DNA of 64,000 bases from Bacteroidales bacterium (GTDB lineage: Bacteria > Bacteroidota > Bacteroidia > Bacteroidales > UBA12077): assembly GCA_027859205.1 (NCBI GenBank), contig JAQIBH010000018.1:404-64403 (forward strand), read 5' to 3'. Made by a program: the position numbers and the translations under genes. Positions 10,595-20,855 of this stretch are shown here, piece by piece (position 1 is the stretch's first letter; the number at the start of each line of letters is the position of its first letter). The notes under the pieces were generated by a model, which worked only from the letters and a program-made list of their open reading frames with translations, was not told the DNA's origin and made no database searches.

Positions 10595-11344
10595 ATGATT
10601 ATGAAAAAAGTAATTAAAAAAATTAGATTAAACAATTTGACAAGTGTTGCTGTGGCAATTGGTTTAGGCATATTTGTACTATTTATTTCAAGCAAGTTAG
10701 GAACTTTTGTTACAAGTGAGATTAAAAATTATACAGACTTGAATTTCTATACTAGTAATACTGTAATGAAATTTTTCATGTTGATTTTTTCAGTAATACT
10801 TATTCTAATTGTTAACAAAGGTTCATTAAAAGATTATGGTTTTAATAAACCGGATAAACTTAAATATATTCGTTTTTTTCTGATAACATTAGGAATTCTT
10901 ATTGCAGCTTTTGTGTTAGGAAATATTTTGTTTAATGGTGTTTTAAGGCATTTATTTCCTGTAGAAAACCCAAAAGGATTTCCAAAAGTAGGATCAATAG
11001 TAGAATTGATATTAACTGTTTGGATTTGGTCAACCATATGCGAAGAAGTATTAACAAGAGGACTTATGCAGAGTTTTATGAAGTATCAAACGAATCTTAA
11101 ATTTTTGAGATTAAGCCTTCCGGTTTGGGTTTCGGGTATCTTCTTTGGTATGATGCATCTTTCGTTATTAAAAATGGATATGGATATTTGGGTTGTTTCT
11201 TTTATCGTTTTTAATACTACTACTATAGGTTTGCTTGCTGCATATTACCGAGAAAAAACAAATAGCATATATCCTGCAATTTTTATTCACTTCTTAGCAA
11301 ATGTAGTAGGGTCATTACCAGCTATAATTATGGGAGTACTATAA
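10595..11344 (+). CDS. CPBP-family intramembrane glutamic endopeptidase (CAAX protease / Abi family)
   Basis: Polytopic membrane protein with the family motifs EEVLTRG, FGMMH and HFLAN. The start lies 6 nt after the regulator stop. Confidence 0.85.
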   Translation: MIMKKVIKKIRLNNLTSVAVAIGLGIFVLFISSKLGTFVTSEIKNYTDLNFYTSNTVMKFFMLIFSVILILIVNKGSLKDYGFNKPDKLKYIRFFLITLGILIAAFVLGNILFNGVLRHLFPVENPKGFPKVGSIVELILTVWIWSTICEEVLTRGLMQSFMKYQTNLKFLRLSLPVWVSGIFFGMMHLSLLKMDMDIWVVSFIVFNTTTIGLLAAYYREKTNSIYPAIFIHFLANVVGSLPAIIMGVL

Positions 11345-11391
11345 GAATTAGAATTTTACAATGTAAAAACACAACAAAAATTAGAAACAAG

Positions 11392-12087
11392 ATGAAAAAC
11401 AAAGAAAGAATTATTTACGGATTTAGTATTACAGTAGTAATTTATGCCATAGCTCAAATTGTTAGTTTTAATTTTAAATTGAATAATGATTTTATTCACG
11501 ATGTCTTTACAACACAGACGATTTTTTTAATTCTATCTTTTCTTGCAATTTATGTTTTTAGAAAGCATTTGAGTTATAATATTTCTATGCCTAAATTTAA
11601 GAAAGTATTTAAGCCATTCGGTTTTGGAATAATAGTATTTATTGTGACTTTTTTTACAATATCGGTTGTATCGAAAGTTACAGGTGGCGAAGCAGAAGCA
11701 CATCCATTACTGTTAGAAATGACTCCTCTACAAGTTTTTATTTTTGTATTTATTTATGCAAGCATAGCAGAAGAAGTGCTGTTTAGAGGTTTTTTAATGA
11801 ATTTATTAAAGCCGTTAAATACAAAAGGAATTACTATTTTTAAAAGAAAAATTAGTCTTCCTGTAATATTAAGTGCCGTAGCATTTGGATTAGCTCATTT
11901 GATACTAATTATATCAGGAGTAGGGTTCTTTTTTCTGATAAAAATAGTATTGTTCACAACAAGTTTAGGAGTAGTAGCAGGATATTATCAAGAAAAATAT
12001 GATAATAATGCATATGCAATAATTGTTCATATGGGTGGAAATTTTATAGGTGTAGTTGCCATAACATTAATGACTTTAGTTGGATAA
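11392..12087 (+). CDS. CPBP-family intramembrane glutamic endopeptidase, second paralog
   Basis: Motifs AEEVLFRGF, FGLAHL and HMGGNF in a polytopic membrane protein. Confidence 0.85.
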   Translation: MKNKERIIYGFSITVVIYAIAQIVSFNFKLNNDFIHDVFTTQTIFLILSFLAIYVFRKHLSYNISMPKFKKVFKPFGFGIIVFIVTFFTISVVSKVTGGEAEAHPLLLEMTPLQVFIFVFIYASIAEEVLFRGFLMNLLKPLNTKGITIFKRKISLPVILSAVAFGLAHLILIISGVGFFFLIKIVLFTTSLGVVAGYYQEKYDNNAYAIIVHMGGNFIGVVAITLMTLVG

Positions 12088-12140
12088 AAAATATTTTTTT
12101 TATCGTTTGGTAATCTTTTTTACAAAGGATAGTACTGATT

Positions 12141-12185
12141 TTTGATGATAATCATTGTCAAATTTGATAATTGTTTTTGATGATT
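12141..12185 (+). promoter_or_regulatory. Fur-family-like box (TGATAATCATTGTCA at 12146-12160) within three TTTGATRAT direct repeats
   Basis: The 15-mer differs at one position from the 7-1-7 Fur core TGATAATNATTATCA. TTTGATGAT, TTTGATAAT and TTTGATGAT start at 12141, 12163 and 12176. A Bacteroidota -7-like TAGATTTG lies at 12197-12204. The site is about 260 nt upstream of zupT. Confidence 0.3.
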
Positions 12186-12421
12186 AAATCTTTTCATAGA
12201 TTTGTACTTAACATAAAATTCCTTCACAAAGAACAAAACATAATTTAAGAAACTTAGAGTTTCATATGATAATATCGCTAAACAGAAATTATTGACTAGC
12301 TGAAAAAGAGAATTCTTTTAATGATTAGTCATGAACTTTTCTAATATTTGATTGTTTGATTCAACTGTACGATTTAATATAGTTTTAGTAAATTTATACT
12401 CCATACTCTAATTTAAAAATT

Positions 12422-13237
12422 ATGTTTAATGAAACTGTTTTATTTGCTTTTGGTTTAACATTATTCGCAGGATTATCTACCGGAATAGGCAGCGCATTAG
12501 CATTTTTTACAAAAACTACAAATACAAAGTTTCTCTCTCTTTCACTAGGTTTTTCTGCAGGTGTGATGATTTATGTTTCCATGATTGAAATCTTTTTTAA
12601 AGCAAAAGATTCACTTGTGGCTGAAATGGGTGAAAAAATGGGTTCGTGGGTAACAGTTATTTCATTTTTTGGAGGAATTTTATTTATTGGTATAATCGAT
12701 AAATTAATTCCATCCATAGAAAATCCCCATGAAATTCGAATGGTTGAGGAAATGGGGGAGAAAGCTAAAAAAGAACATAAAAATAAAAAACTCATGAAAA
12801 TGGGTATGTTTACGGCTTTAGCTATTGCTATTCATAATTTACCAGAAGGTCTTGCAACATTTACCGCAGCATTAACCGATCCAAGTTTAGGTATAGCAAT
12901 TGCGGTGGCTATTGCTATTCATAATATTCCTGAAGGAATTGCAGTTTCAGTTCCAATTTATTTTGCAACCGGAGATAAAAAGAAGGCGTTTTGGTATTCT
13001 TTTTTATCGGGAGTAGCTGAGCCTGTTGGTGCTCTTATTGGATATTTAATTCTAATGCCATATTTAACACCAACACTCTTTGGAATTTTATTTGCTGCTG
13101 TAGCCGGAATAATGGTTTTTATTTCAATCGATGAACTTTTGCCGGCAGCAAGAGAATATGGTGAACATCATTTGTCTATTTATGGATTAATTTTAGGAAT
13201 GATGGTTATGGCAGTTAGTTTGTTGATGTTTATATAA
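12422..13237 (+). CDS. zupT: zinc transporter ZupT (ZIP family)
   Basis: Full-length similarity to ZupT as I recall it: duplicated HN(L/I)PEG(L/I)A motifs ([28 protein letters not shown]) and a C-terminal DELLP motif. Confidence 0.9.
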   Translation: MFNETVLFAFGLTLFAGLSTGIGSALAFFTKTTNTKFLSLSLGFSAGVMIYVSMIEIFFKAKDSLVAEMGEKMGSWVTVISFFGGILFIGIIDKLIPSIENPHEIRMVEEMGEKAKKEHKNKKLMKMGMFTALAIAIHNLPEGLATFTAALTDPSLGIAIAVAIAIHNIPEGIAVSVPIYFATGDKKKAFWYSFLSGVAEPVGALIGYLILMPYLTPTLFGILFAAVAGIMVFISIDELLPAAREYGEHHLSIYGLILGMMVMAVSLLMFI

Positions 13238-13247
13238 TGATAGAATT

Positions 13248-13440
13248 GAGATTAGGAGTAATTAGTATCAAGAAAAAAAGAATAGTTTTAATTTAATCTT
13301 CAGTTGTTTAAGAATAATAGTATTTAATATTAATTCTATTATACCTTTTTTTGAATAAGTACAATAAGTCAATATATTAAGTTTGCATTTTAAAAAATAC
13401 ACATCTAAGTCTCACTACTTGATACTAATGTCTTAAATCT
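13248..13440. repeat. imperfect inverted repeat pair flanking ~145 bp of AT-rich spacer
   Basis: GAGATTAGGAGTAATTAGTATCAAG (13248-13272) versus CTTGATACTAATGTCTTAAATCT (13418-13440). The core 12 nt ATTAGTATCAAG / CTTGATACTAAT match exactly. It lies between convergent zupT and trpS. Confidence 0.25.
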
Positions 13441-13443
13441 ATT

Positions 13444-14433
13444 TTAAAAAGGTTTAAACCCAATAATCTTTCGTGCTTCTTTAATAGTTTTTGAAGCGCT
13501 TTCACGAGCTTTTTCGGCACCTAAGTTTGCCACTTTTCTTAAATATTCATCGTTTGCTGAAATGTCTATGATTCTTTCTCTAATTGGTGAAGTGAAATTT
13601 ATAATGTCTTCAGCTAATTGCTTTTTTAAATCGCCATACCTGATTTCACAATTGCCATACTTTTCTTTAAAGAAATCAATTGTGTTTTTTTCGGAAACAA
13701 CATCCATTAAAGTAAATAAATTTTGAATTGGTTCAGGCATTTCTGAATTCATTTTTGTTGGACCGCTGTCAGTTACTGCACGCATAACTTTTTTTCGAAT
13801 ATCTTTTGGATCATCAACAAGAAAAATTCCATTTCCTTCTGATTTTCCCATTTTCCCAGTTCCGTCTAATCCGGGAATTTTTATTAATGCTTCTCCAAAA
13901 TTATAAGGTTGAGGTTCAGTAAAGTATTCAACTTTATACATGTTATTGAATCGACGCGCAAATTTTCGAGCCATTTCAAGATTTTGTTCCTGGTCTTTAC
14001 CAACAGGAACTTTTGAGGCATTATGAATAATAATGTCAGCAGCCATTAAAACAGGATAAGTTAAAAGTCCTGCGTTTACATTTTCAGGGTTTTTACGTAC
14101 TTTATCTTTAAATGATGTTGTTCGCTCGAGCTCTCCGACATAGGCATTCATGTTAAGAAGAAGATATAACTCTGCTACTTCGGGTACATCGCTTTGTAAA
14201 TATAATGTTGCAACTTCAGGATCTAAACCGCAAGCTAAATATTCAGCTAAAACTTGTTTTACACCTCCATGCAAATCTCCGGGAGTAGGATGCGTAGTTA
14301 AAGAATGATAATCTGCAATAAAGAAAAAAGAATTGTTTTCGTGTTGCATACGTATGAAATTTTTTAATGCACCAAAGTAATTTCCTAAATGTAGATTTCC
14401 AGTTGATCGTATTCCACTAACTACAGTTTCCAT
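13444..14433 (-). CDS. trpS: tryptophan--tRNA ligase
   Basis: Class I HIGH-type motif (TGNLHLGNYFGA) and KMSKS-type motif (KMGKS). Length of 329 aa is typical. Confidence 0.95.
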   Translation of the reverse strand: METVVSGIRSTGNLHLGNYFGALKNFIRMQHENNSFFFIADYHSLTTHPTPGDLHGGVKQVLAEYLACGLDPEVATLYLQSDVPEVAELYLLLNMNAYVGELERTTSFKDKVRKNPENVNAGLLTYPVLMAADIIIHNASKVPVGKDQEQNLEMARKFARRFNNMYKVEYFTEPQPYNFGEALIKIPGLDGTGKMGKSEGNGIFLVDDPKDIRKKVMRAVTDSGPTKMNSEMPEPIQNLFTLMDVVSEKNTIDFFKEKYGNCEIRYGDLKKQLAEDIINFTSPIRERIIDISANDEYLRKVANLGAEKARESASKTIKEARKIIGFKPF

Positions 14434-14566
14434 AAAATTTTATTTAATTTCTGGTTTGATTATAGTAATTTTACAAAAGTAAAAAATGTTTAGTAATTAT
14501 TATGTTTTTCGTTTAGAAACGAATATTATTAATAATTGCGTAAAGGAAGAATAAAAAATAAGTATT

Positions 14567-14800
14567 ATGGCTTTAATTAGATTTTTATTGATATTGTCAA
14601 TAATATACATTGTTATAAGATTCATCACTAGATTTGTGCTTCGATCGTTTGTAAAAAATATGCGGAACTCCGCAAATCAGCAAACTCAAAAGAATCAAAA
14701 AAAGGAGGGAGATGTAACGATAAATTCAAAACCCAATCAAGGTAAAAAGATTGATAAAAACGAGGGTGATTATGTTGATTATGAGGAATTAAAAGAATAG
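14567..14800 (+). CDS. DUF4834-like small membrane protein
   Basis: 77 aa with an N-terminal TM helix (LIRFLLILSIIYIVIRFITRF) followed by a charged tail. This pattern is typical of the Bacteroidota DUF4834 family as I recall it. Confidence 0.7.
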   Translation: MALIRFLLILSIIYIVIRFITRFVLRSFVKNMRNSANQQTQKNQKKEGDVTINSKPNQGKKIDKNEGDYVDYEELKE

Positions 14801-14861
14801 CTGATGCTGATGAAATCTAGAAATTAAATTCTAAAATTTATCATTATTGAGTCTTAAGACA

Positions 14862-15323
14862 TTAACTACTGGTATTTTCGTAAACTGAGTCGACTAATAA
14901 AATTGAATTTTTTGAAGCTTCTACAGCAAGTTGATCGCATCGCTCATTTTCTGGAATATTAGCGTGTCCCTTTACCCAGTGGAATTTTACATTATGCATT
15001 CTGTAAATTTTAAGAAATCGTATCCATAGATCAGAATTTTTCTTTTTCTTAAATCGTACTTTTTCCCAACCAAAAACCCATTTTTTATCTACTGCATCAG
15101 AAACATACTTGGAATCGGTATAAACTTCTACATCACTACCTTTTATTTTTAATGTCTCAAGAGCTACTATAACTGCTAATAATTCCATACGATTATTGGT
15201 CGTTTTTCTAAATCCTTCGGACATTTCTTTTCGGTGCTGTCCCGATTTTAATACAGCTCCATAACCCCCGGGTCCGGGATTTCCGCGAGCAGCACCATCA
15301 GTATATATTATGATATTAGACAT
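14862..15323 (-). CDS. rnhA: ribonuclease HI
   Basis: IYTDGAARGNPGPGGYG, NNRMEL, TDSKY and WVKGHANIPENERCDQLA motifs. Confidence 0.95.
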   Translation of the reverse strand: MSNIIIYTDGAARGNPGPGGYGAVLKSGQHRKEMSEGFRKTTNNRMELLAVIVALETLKIKGSDVEVYTDSKYVSDAVDKKWVFGWEKVRFKKKKNSDLWIRFLKIYRMHNVKFHWVKGHANIPENERCDQLAVEASKNSILLVDSVYENTSS

Positions 15324-15345
15324 ATGTGTAATTTAAAGTAAAAAT

Positions 15346-15378
15346 ATAAAAAAAGGGATACATATTAACGTATCCCCT
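15346..15378 (-). terminator. rho-independent terminator downstream of the S46 peptidase gene
   Basis: Stem GGGATAC (15355-15361) / GTATCCC (15370-15376). On the minus strand it is followed by a T-run (plus-strand A7 at 15348-15354). Confidence 0.6.
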
Positions 15379-15397
15379 TAATTGAAATTATATTTAG

Positions 15398-17545
15398 TTA
15401 TTTTACTATTGTCATTTCGTCGATAAGTCTGGTGGCACCGGCAAATTTATCAATAATAAATAAAGTGTATCTAACATCAACACTAATTGTTCTTTGAACT
15501 TCGGGTTCGAAAACAATATCGCCACTCATTGCTTCCCAGTTACCGTCGAAAGCAGTTCCAATAAGTTCTCCTTTGCCATTTATAACAGGGCTTCCAGAAT
15601 TTCCTCCTGTAATATCATTTGTTGATAAAAATGCAACTGGCATTTCACCGTTAGCTAATGCATACTGACCGTAATCTTTAGTATTATATAGTTCTTTAAG
15701 TTTTTCAGGAACTACAAATTCCCAGTTGCTTGGATCTTCTTTTTGCATTACTCCTTTAAGTGTTGTAATATAGTCGTAATGAACGGCATCCATTGGTTTG
15801 TAATCTAAAATAGAACCATAAGTCATACGCATAGTAAAGTTTGCATCAGGATACATAGCTTTTCCTTCGTTTTTTTCCATTGTTGCGCCAACATATAATC
15901 TGTGACCTTTATCAAAGTCAGCATTTATTGTTTCTAGTTTATTGTCCAACTCATTATCTTTTTTATTAATAGATTTTGAAGCCAAATAAACAGGGTCTTT
16001 TGCTAATTTTTTAGCAGAAGGATTTCCTAAAAATGCCCATAATTTAGTTGAATCAGTAAATATTGATTTGCCATACATCTCATCAATAAACTTAGTATAG
16101 TTGTTTTTATATTTTGTTTCGATTGTATTAAATATTTCAGGTTGATATTTTTTATCAACGTTCTCAGCAAAGAGTTTAAACATTGTTTTTGCTACTTTTT
16201 GATCTGTTGGAGCATTATAGTTTTTATAGAATTTACGAGCAGTATTCTTAAAATCCGCAACAGCATCCTTAATCATTTCTTCGTTTTCAGAAATTAAAGC
16301 GATTTCATATAAAGAAATTTTTAATGAAAAAGAAATTAATTCAGTCCCTCTTAATAATGTTTCTGAAATATATTGATTTGCATGAGTGTATTCTTTTCTT
16401 GCTTCTAAGGAAGTTTTAATTAAGTGCAAAGCATTTCCGTATTTCTCCTTTCTTGCTGGATTTTCATTTATCCATTCAGTCATTACCTTTTCTTCTTCTA
16501 TTTTTCTCTCAATAATTTTTAATTGTTTTAAGGACTTATTCATTCCAATAGAATTTTTCCAGTAGTTAGCAGAACGCGCATATTTTGATGCATATTTAAT
16601 TCTAATTGCATCATCAGCAAGCATATCTTCTAATAATAATTCTTGACGAACACCGCGAACAAAAATTCTGTTTGTATTCGTAATTCTAATAACTTCTTCA
16701 AGTTCCATTGAAGTCATATATCTATCAGTTCCTCCTGGATAACCCAAGATCATTGCAAAATCATTCTTCTCAACTCCTTTTATTGAAACAGGTAAATGAT
16801 GTTTTGGTTTGTAAGGAACATTTTCTTCTGAATATTCTGCTGGATTATTGTCTTTATCCGCATATATTCTAAATAAGGAAAAATCACCGGTATGGCGTGG
16901 CCACATCCAGTTATCGGTATCAGCACCAAATTTACCAATTGATGATGGTGGAGCTCCAACCATTCTTACATCAGTAAATTTTTCATAAACTAATAAGTAG
17001 AATTTATTTCCACCATAAAATTTTTTCACACTAGCATCGTAATGAGTTCCTTTTTCGGCTTCATCAGCTATTTGGGTTCCAATTTCCTTAGCAGCATTTT
17101 GTCTTTCTGTTTCAGTCATTTCATTTGTTAATACAGAATTAACTCGGTCAGATACATCTTCAAGACTTACTAAAAATGTAACGGCTAATCCAGGTGTTGG
17201 GACTTCTTCTTCTGATGACATTGCCCAAAATCCATCTTTTAAATAATCGGTTTCTGGCGTACTATGTTGTTGAATTGCACCATAACCACAATGATGATTT
17301 GTTAATACAAGGCCTTGATCTGAAATGACTTCTCCCGTGCATCCTCGACCAAAAATTACAATGGCATCTTTCATACTGGTTTGGTTAACGCTGTAAATCT
17401 CTTCAGCAGATAATTCACAACCCATTTCTTGCATTTTCTCAATGTTAAATTGTTTGATAAGTGACAATAACCACATACCTTCGTCCGCTGTTGCCGAAAC
17501 ATTCAGCAATAAAGCGATACTTACAATAGCTAATAGTTTTTTCAT
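15398..17545 (-). CDS. S46-family dipeptidyl-peptidase (DPP7/DPP11-like)
   Basis: Signal peptide followed by the hallmark ADEGMWL. Protease-fold motifs TNHHCG and GGNSGSPV. 715 aa. Confidence 0.9.
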   Translation of the reverse strand: MKKLLAIVSIALLLNVSATADEGMWLLSLIKQFNIEKMQEMGCELSAEEIYSVNQTSMKDAIVIFGRGCTGEVISDQGLVLTNHHCGYGAIQQHSTPETDYLKDGFWAMSSEEEVPTPGLAVTFLVSLEDVSDRVNSVLTNEMTETERQNAAKEIGTQIADEAEKGTHYDASVKKFYGGNKFYLLVYEKFTDVRMVGAPPSSIGKFGADTDNWMWPRHTGDFSLFRIYADKDNNPAEYSEENVPYKPKHHLPVSIKGVEKNDFAMILGYPGGTDRYMTSMELEEVIRITNTNRIFVRGVRQELLLEDMLADDAIRIKYASKYARSANYWKNSIGMNKSLKQLKIIERKIEEEKVMTEWINENPARKEKYGNALHLIKTSLEARKEYTHANQYISETLLRGTELISFSLKISLYEIALISENEEMIKDAVADFKNTARKFYKNYNAPTDQKVAKTMFKLFAENVDKKYQPEIFNTIETKYKNNYTKFIDEMYGKSIFTDSTKLWAFLGNPSAKKLAKDPVYLASKSINKKDNELDNKLETINADFDKGHRLYVGATMEKNEGKAMYPDANFTMRMTYGSILDYKPMDAVHYDYITTLKGVMQKEDPSNWEFVVPEKLKELYNTKDYGQYALANGEMPVAFLSTNDITGGNSGSPVINGKGELIGTAFDGNWEAMSGDIVFEPEVQRTISVDVRYTLFIIDKFAGATRLIDEMTIVK

Positions 17546-17706
17546 TTTATATTGATTTTGATTATAATTAGTTTCCCCAAATTGAACTTAAAAATTGTTA
17601 GATTGAATAATTAATGCAAAGTTTAATTTGAATCAGAAAAGATTGATTTTTAATATACCTTTGTTTCGGAATTTTGTTCAATATATAAAGATTAAATTAA
17701 CTAATT

Positions 17707-18753
17707 ATGGCAGAAAAAAAAATTGATATTCTGACTTTTTCGCTCGCCGAAATTAAAGAATTTTTAGTTAAAAAAGGGGAAAAAGCTTTTCGTGCTAAAC
17801 AAATACATGAATGGTTATGGAAAATGCCGGTGAATAGTTTCGAGGGAATGACCAATATTTCTAAAGATCTCCGGACTTTATTGAATGATAATTTTATTAT
17901 ACAGTCTGTTAAGGTGGATGATATGCAAATTAGTAAGGATAAAACCGTAAAAGTTGCGTTTAGGCTTTATGATGGTGCTTTGATTGAAGGTGTATTAATT
18001 CCTTCAGAAAACAGAGCTACAGCATGTATATCTTCGCAAGTTGGATGTAACTTAGGATGTGAGTTTTGTGCTACAGGGAAATTAGGCTTGTTAAGAAATT
18101 TAAGCCATGGTGAAATTTACCATCAGGTTGCTGAGTTAATAAAATTAGCCGGTGAAAAGTATAATTTATCATTAACTAATATTGTTTTAATGGGAATGGG
18201 AGAGCCATTATTAAATTATGACAATGTTCTTAAGGCAATGAATATGGTTTCTTCAGAAGAAGGACTTAGAATGTCTCCACAACGAATAACACTTTCTACA
18301 GTAGGTTTGCCACGAATGATAAAAAAACTTGCCGACGATAAAGTTAAATTTAATTTGGCCGTATCATTGCATTCTGCAAATGATAAAAAACGAACTGAGT
18401 TTATACCAGCTAATAAACGAAATTCATTAGATGAACTTAAAGAATCACTAATCTATTTTAATGAAAAAACTGGACAGCGTATAACTTTTGAGTATTTATT
18501 AATGGACGGAATAAATGATTCCGTAAAGGATGCTGCAGAGTTTGCTGAATATTGTAAGAGTTTTCCTGTGAAAATTAACATTATAGAATACAACTCAACA
18601 GGAGATTCACGATTTAAGAGATCATCAAATGAAAAGTTTAATGCTTTTGTTATTTTTATGAAAAGTAAAAATCTTGTTGTGAATGTTCGTCGAAGTCGAG
18701 GCATGGATATAGATGCAGCTTGTGGTCAATTAGCGGGAAAAAAAAGAGAGTAA
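17707..18753 (+). CDS. rlmN: 23S rRNA (adenine2503-C2)-methyltransferase RlmN
   Basis: Radical-SAM motif CISSQVGCNLGCEFCATG, MGMGEPLLN, and C-terminal CGQL. Confidence 0.95.
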   Translation: MAEKKIDILTFSLAEIKEFLVKKGEKAFRAKQIHEWLWKMPVNSFEGMTNISKDLRTLLNDNFIIQSVKVDDMQISKDKTVKVAFRLYDGALIEGVLIPSENRATACISSQVGCNLGCEFCATGKLGLLRNLSHGEIYHQVAELIKLAGEKYNLSLTNIVLMGMGEPLLNYDNVLKAMNMVSSEEGLRMSPQRITLSTVGLPRMIKKLADDKVKFNLAVSLHSANDKKRTEFIPANKRNSLDELKESLIYFNEKTGQRITFEYLLMDGINDSVKDAAEFAEYCKSFPVKINIIEYNSTGDSRFKRSSNEKFNAFVIFMKSKNLVVNVRRSRGMDIDAACGQLAGKKRE

Positions 18754-18760
18754 CTTTAAT

Positions 18761-18840
18761 GTCATTCCCGTGAAAACGGGAATCTCTTTTATTATAATAT
18801 TGTACAGAATAATATGAGATCTCCAATCAAGTTGGAGATG
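18761..18840. repeat. two GC-rich REP-like hairpins between convergent rlmN and rnhB
   Basis: ATTCCCG-TGAAAA-CGGGAAT (18764-18783, followed by CTCTTTTATT, so a likely rlmN terminator) and ATCTCCAA-TCAAG-TTGGAGAT (18819-18839). Both are flanked by GTCA/TGAC. Confidence 0.45.
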
Positions 18841-18873
18841 ACAAAATAAGAAGCATATCGTTATTTATATTTT

Positions 18874-19491
18874 TTAAAAATCCAAACTTAACTGATCATC
18901 TAAAAGTCTGAATGTCATTCTGTGGAATGGTGTAGTTCCATATTCTTTAATTGCTTGTCGGTGTTCTTTAGTGGGATAACCTTTGTTTTTTCCCCATTTA
19001 TATTCTGGATGTTTTTGGTGTAACTCAAGCATTATGTCATCACGATATGTTTTTGCTAATATGGACGCCGCCGCAATCGAATAATATTTTGAATCGCCCT
19101 TAACAATACATTGATGTGGTATTTTTTTATATTTTATGAACTTATTTCCATCAATAATAATATGCTGAGGATTAATTTTTAGCAAATCAAGAGCTTTGTG
19201 CATTGCCATGATTGACGCTTTTAGGATATTTGTTTCATCAATTCCTATATTATCAATAATTCCTAAAGCGTAAGCAATTGCTAATTCTTCAATCTCTTTT
19301 CGAAGTAAATATCTGTTTTTCTCGTTTATTTTTTTGGAATCGTTTAAGATTGGATGAGTAAAATTCTCCGGAAGAATTACAGCAGCAGCCACAACAGGAC
19401 CGGCAAGACATCCCCTTCCTGCTTCATCGCAGCCGGCTTCAATATAATTTTCTTTATAATAACTAAGTAATGTATTCTTAATATCACTCAT
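18874..19491 (-). CDS. rnhB: ribonuclease HII
   Basis: GCDEAGRGCLAGPVVAAAV, DSKK and GDSKYYSIAAASILAK motifs. Confidence 0.95.
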   Translation of the reverse strand: MSDIKNTLLSYYKENYIEAGCDEAGRGCLAGPVVAAAVILPENFTHPILNDSKKINEKNRYLLRKEIEELAIAYALGIIDNIGIDETNILKASIMAMHKALDLLKINPQHIIIDGNKFIKYKKIPHQCIVKGDSKYYSIAAASILAKTYRDDIMLELHQKHPEYKWGKNKGYPTKEHRQAIKEYGTTPFHRMTFRLLDDQLSLDF

Positions 19492-20611
19492 TAATTACTT
19501 TTTCTATGCTTTTCCAAAGTTTGTCGGCTGTTTTATCCCAACTAAATTTTTGTCTTTGAAGTTTCCCTTTTTCTATTAAATGATTTCTAAGATCGGAATC
19601 ATCGGATATTTTTATCATAGCATCAGCAATTGATTGAACCGAATAAGGATCAACAAACAATGCGGCATCATTGGCAATTTCGGGCATTGATGTTATATTC
19701 GAAGTTATTACTGCAGTATCACAATTCATTGCTTCTATAATTGGAATTCCAAATCCTTCAAAGTATGGTACATAAGTTAACGCAGTTGCAGCCCCATAAA
19801 GGTTTTTCAACTGATTTGGACTTTTTCTTCCTGTGAAGATTACATCATTTTTTGAACTTATATTGTTATATACCTCCTTCATATTTTTGGTTTTAAACAT
19901 TTTCTCCCCAACAATAACAAGCTTTACATTGCATTTAGTTTTAGATTTGAAAACGTCGAATGCAGAAAGGAGATTTGCAATATTTTTACGAGGGCTTAAC
20001 GCACCAACAAATATAAAGAAATCGGCACCCTTAGTATATTGTTGTTTTGTTCTTGATGTTTCTTCTATGGTGAGAGGCTTGAATATTTCATTCGAACCGT
20101 TATATACAACATCAATATTTTCTGGAGATATTTTGAATTTAGCAGCAATGTCTTGCTTCGAGTATTCTGAAACGGTTACGATTCTTTTTGCTTTTTGCGC
20201 AAAACGAGGAAAAAAATAATGATAATAGCTCCTTAGCCCAAAAGGAAAATCTTTTGGATTATGTATGAAGCTTATATCATGAATAACTGCAATGGACTTA
20301 ACGGAAGTATTTAATGACAAGAAGCCGTCTGGAGAAATAAATAAATCAGCATTAATCTGTTTTAAAATATTTGGGATTGATTTCTCAAACCAGTAATAAT
20401 ATAATACGGGATGACGCGCTTTAGGTCCAATTACGATGGGCTGAATATTATCAGCAAAAATAAATTCCTTATTATATGGTCGGTCAAAAATAAAATAGAA
20501 TTTATGTTCCGGATGATTTGTTGTAATTCTTTTCAAGGTTTCATAAGTAAACCATCCAATACCTTCTAGTTTGTTTTTAAGTAATACTCGTGTGTTAACA
20601 GCAATATTCAA
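19484..20611 (-). CDS. glycosyltransferase family 4 (GT-B fold)
   Basis: C-terminal EGFGIPIIEAM motif typical of GT4. 375 aa. Overlaps the rnhB start by 8 nt. Confidence 0.85.
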   Translation of the reverse strand: MNIAVNTRVLLKNKLEGIGWFTYETLKRITTNHPEHKFYFIFDRPYNKEFIFADNIQPIVIGPKARHPVLYYYWFEKSIPNILKQINADLFISPDGFLSLNTSVKSIAVIHDISFIHNPKDFPFGLRSYYHYFFPRFAQKAKRIVTVSEYSKQDIAAKFKISPENIDVVYNGSNEIFKPLTIEETSRTKQQYTKGADFFIFVGALSPRKNIANLLSAFDVFKSKTKCNVKLVIVGEKMFKTKNMKEVYNNISSKNDVIFTGRKSPNQLKNLYGAATALTYVPYFEGFGIPIIEAMNCDTAVITSNITSMPEIANDAALFVDPYSVQSIADAMIKISDDSDLRNHLIEKGKLQRQKFSWDKTADKLWKSIEKVINE

Positions 20612-20855
20612 AAGATTTTTTTTAAGGAATTATCAAAACTATGTAACAAAGATGCTAAAATTTGATGAACTTTAACAAATTCAATTATCAATTCTCAACC
20701 TGTGCTGAAAGAACATTTTATTAAAATAATCATAATTTAATATGTCATCAACTTAAAATTTAGAATGGGTTTCATGATATTATTTATATCTTACAACTAA
20801 ATATATTTTTTCTTTAGCTTTGTGTTTAATTAGTTAAAAAGCATTAATAAACATT

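Noticed and set aside
10595-12087. Abi-named (CAAX/CPBP) proteins as an abortive-infection defence system.
   Set aside because: The family name is historical. These are polytopic CPBP glutamic endopeptidases with intact protease motifs, and no phage-defence partners are nearby. They are reported only as a regulator-linked module of unknown role.
12088-12421. Small ORFs in the zupT upstream spacer, for example the minus-strand MKRFNHQKQLSNLTMIIIKNQYYPL.
   Set aside because: They are very short with no supporting context or recognisable features, and such frames are expected by chance in AT-rich DNA.
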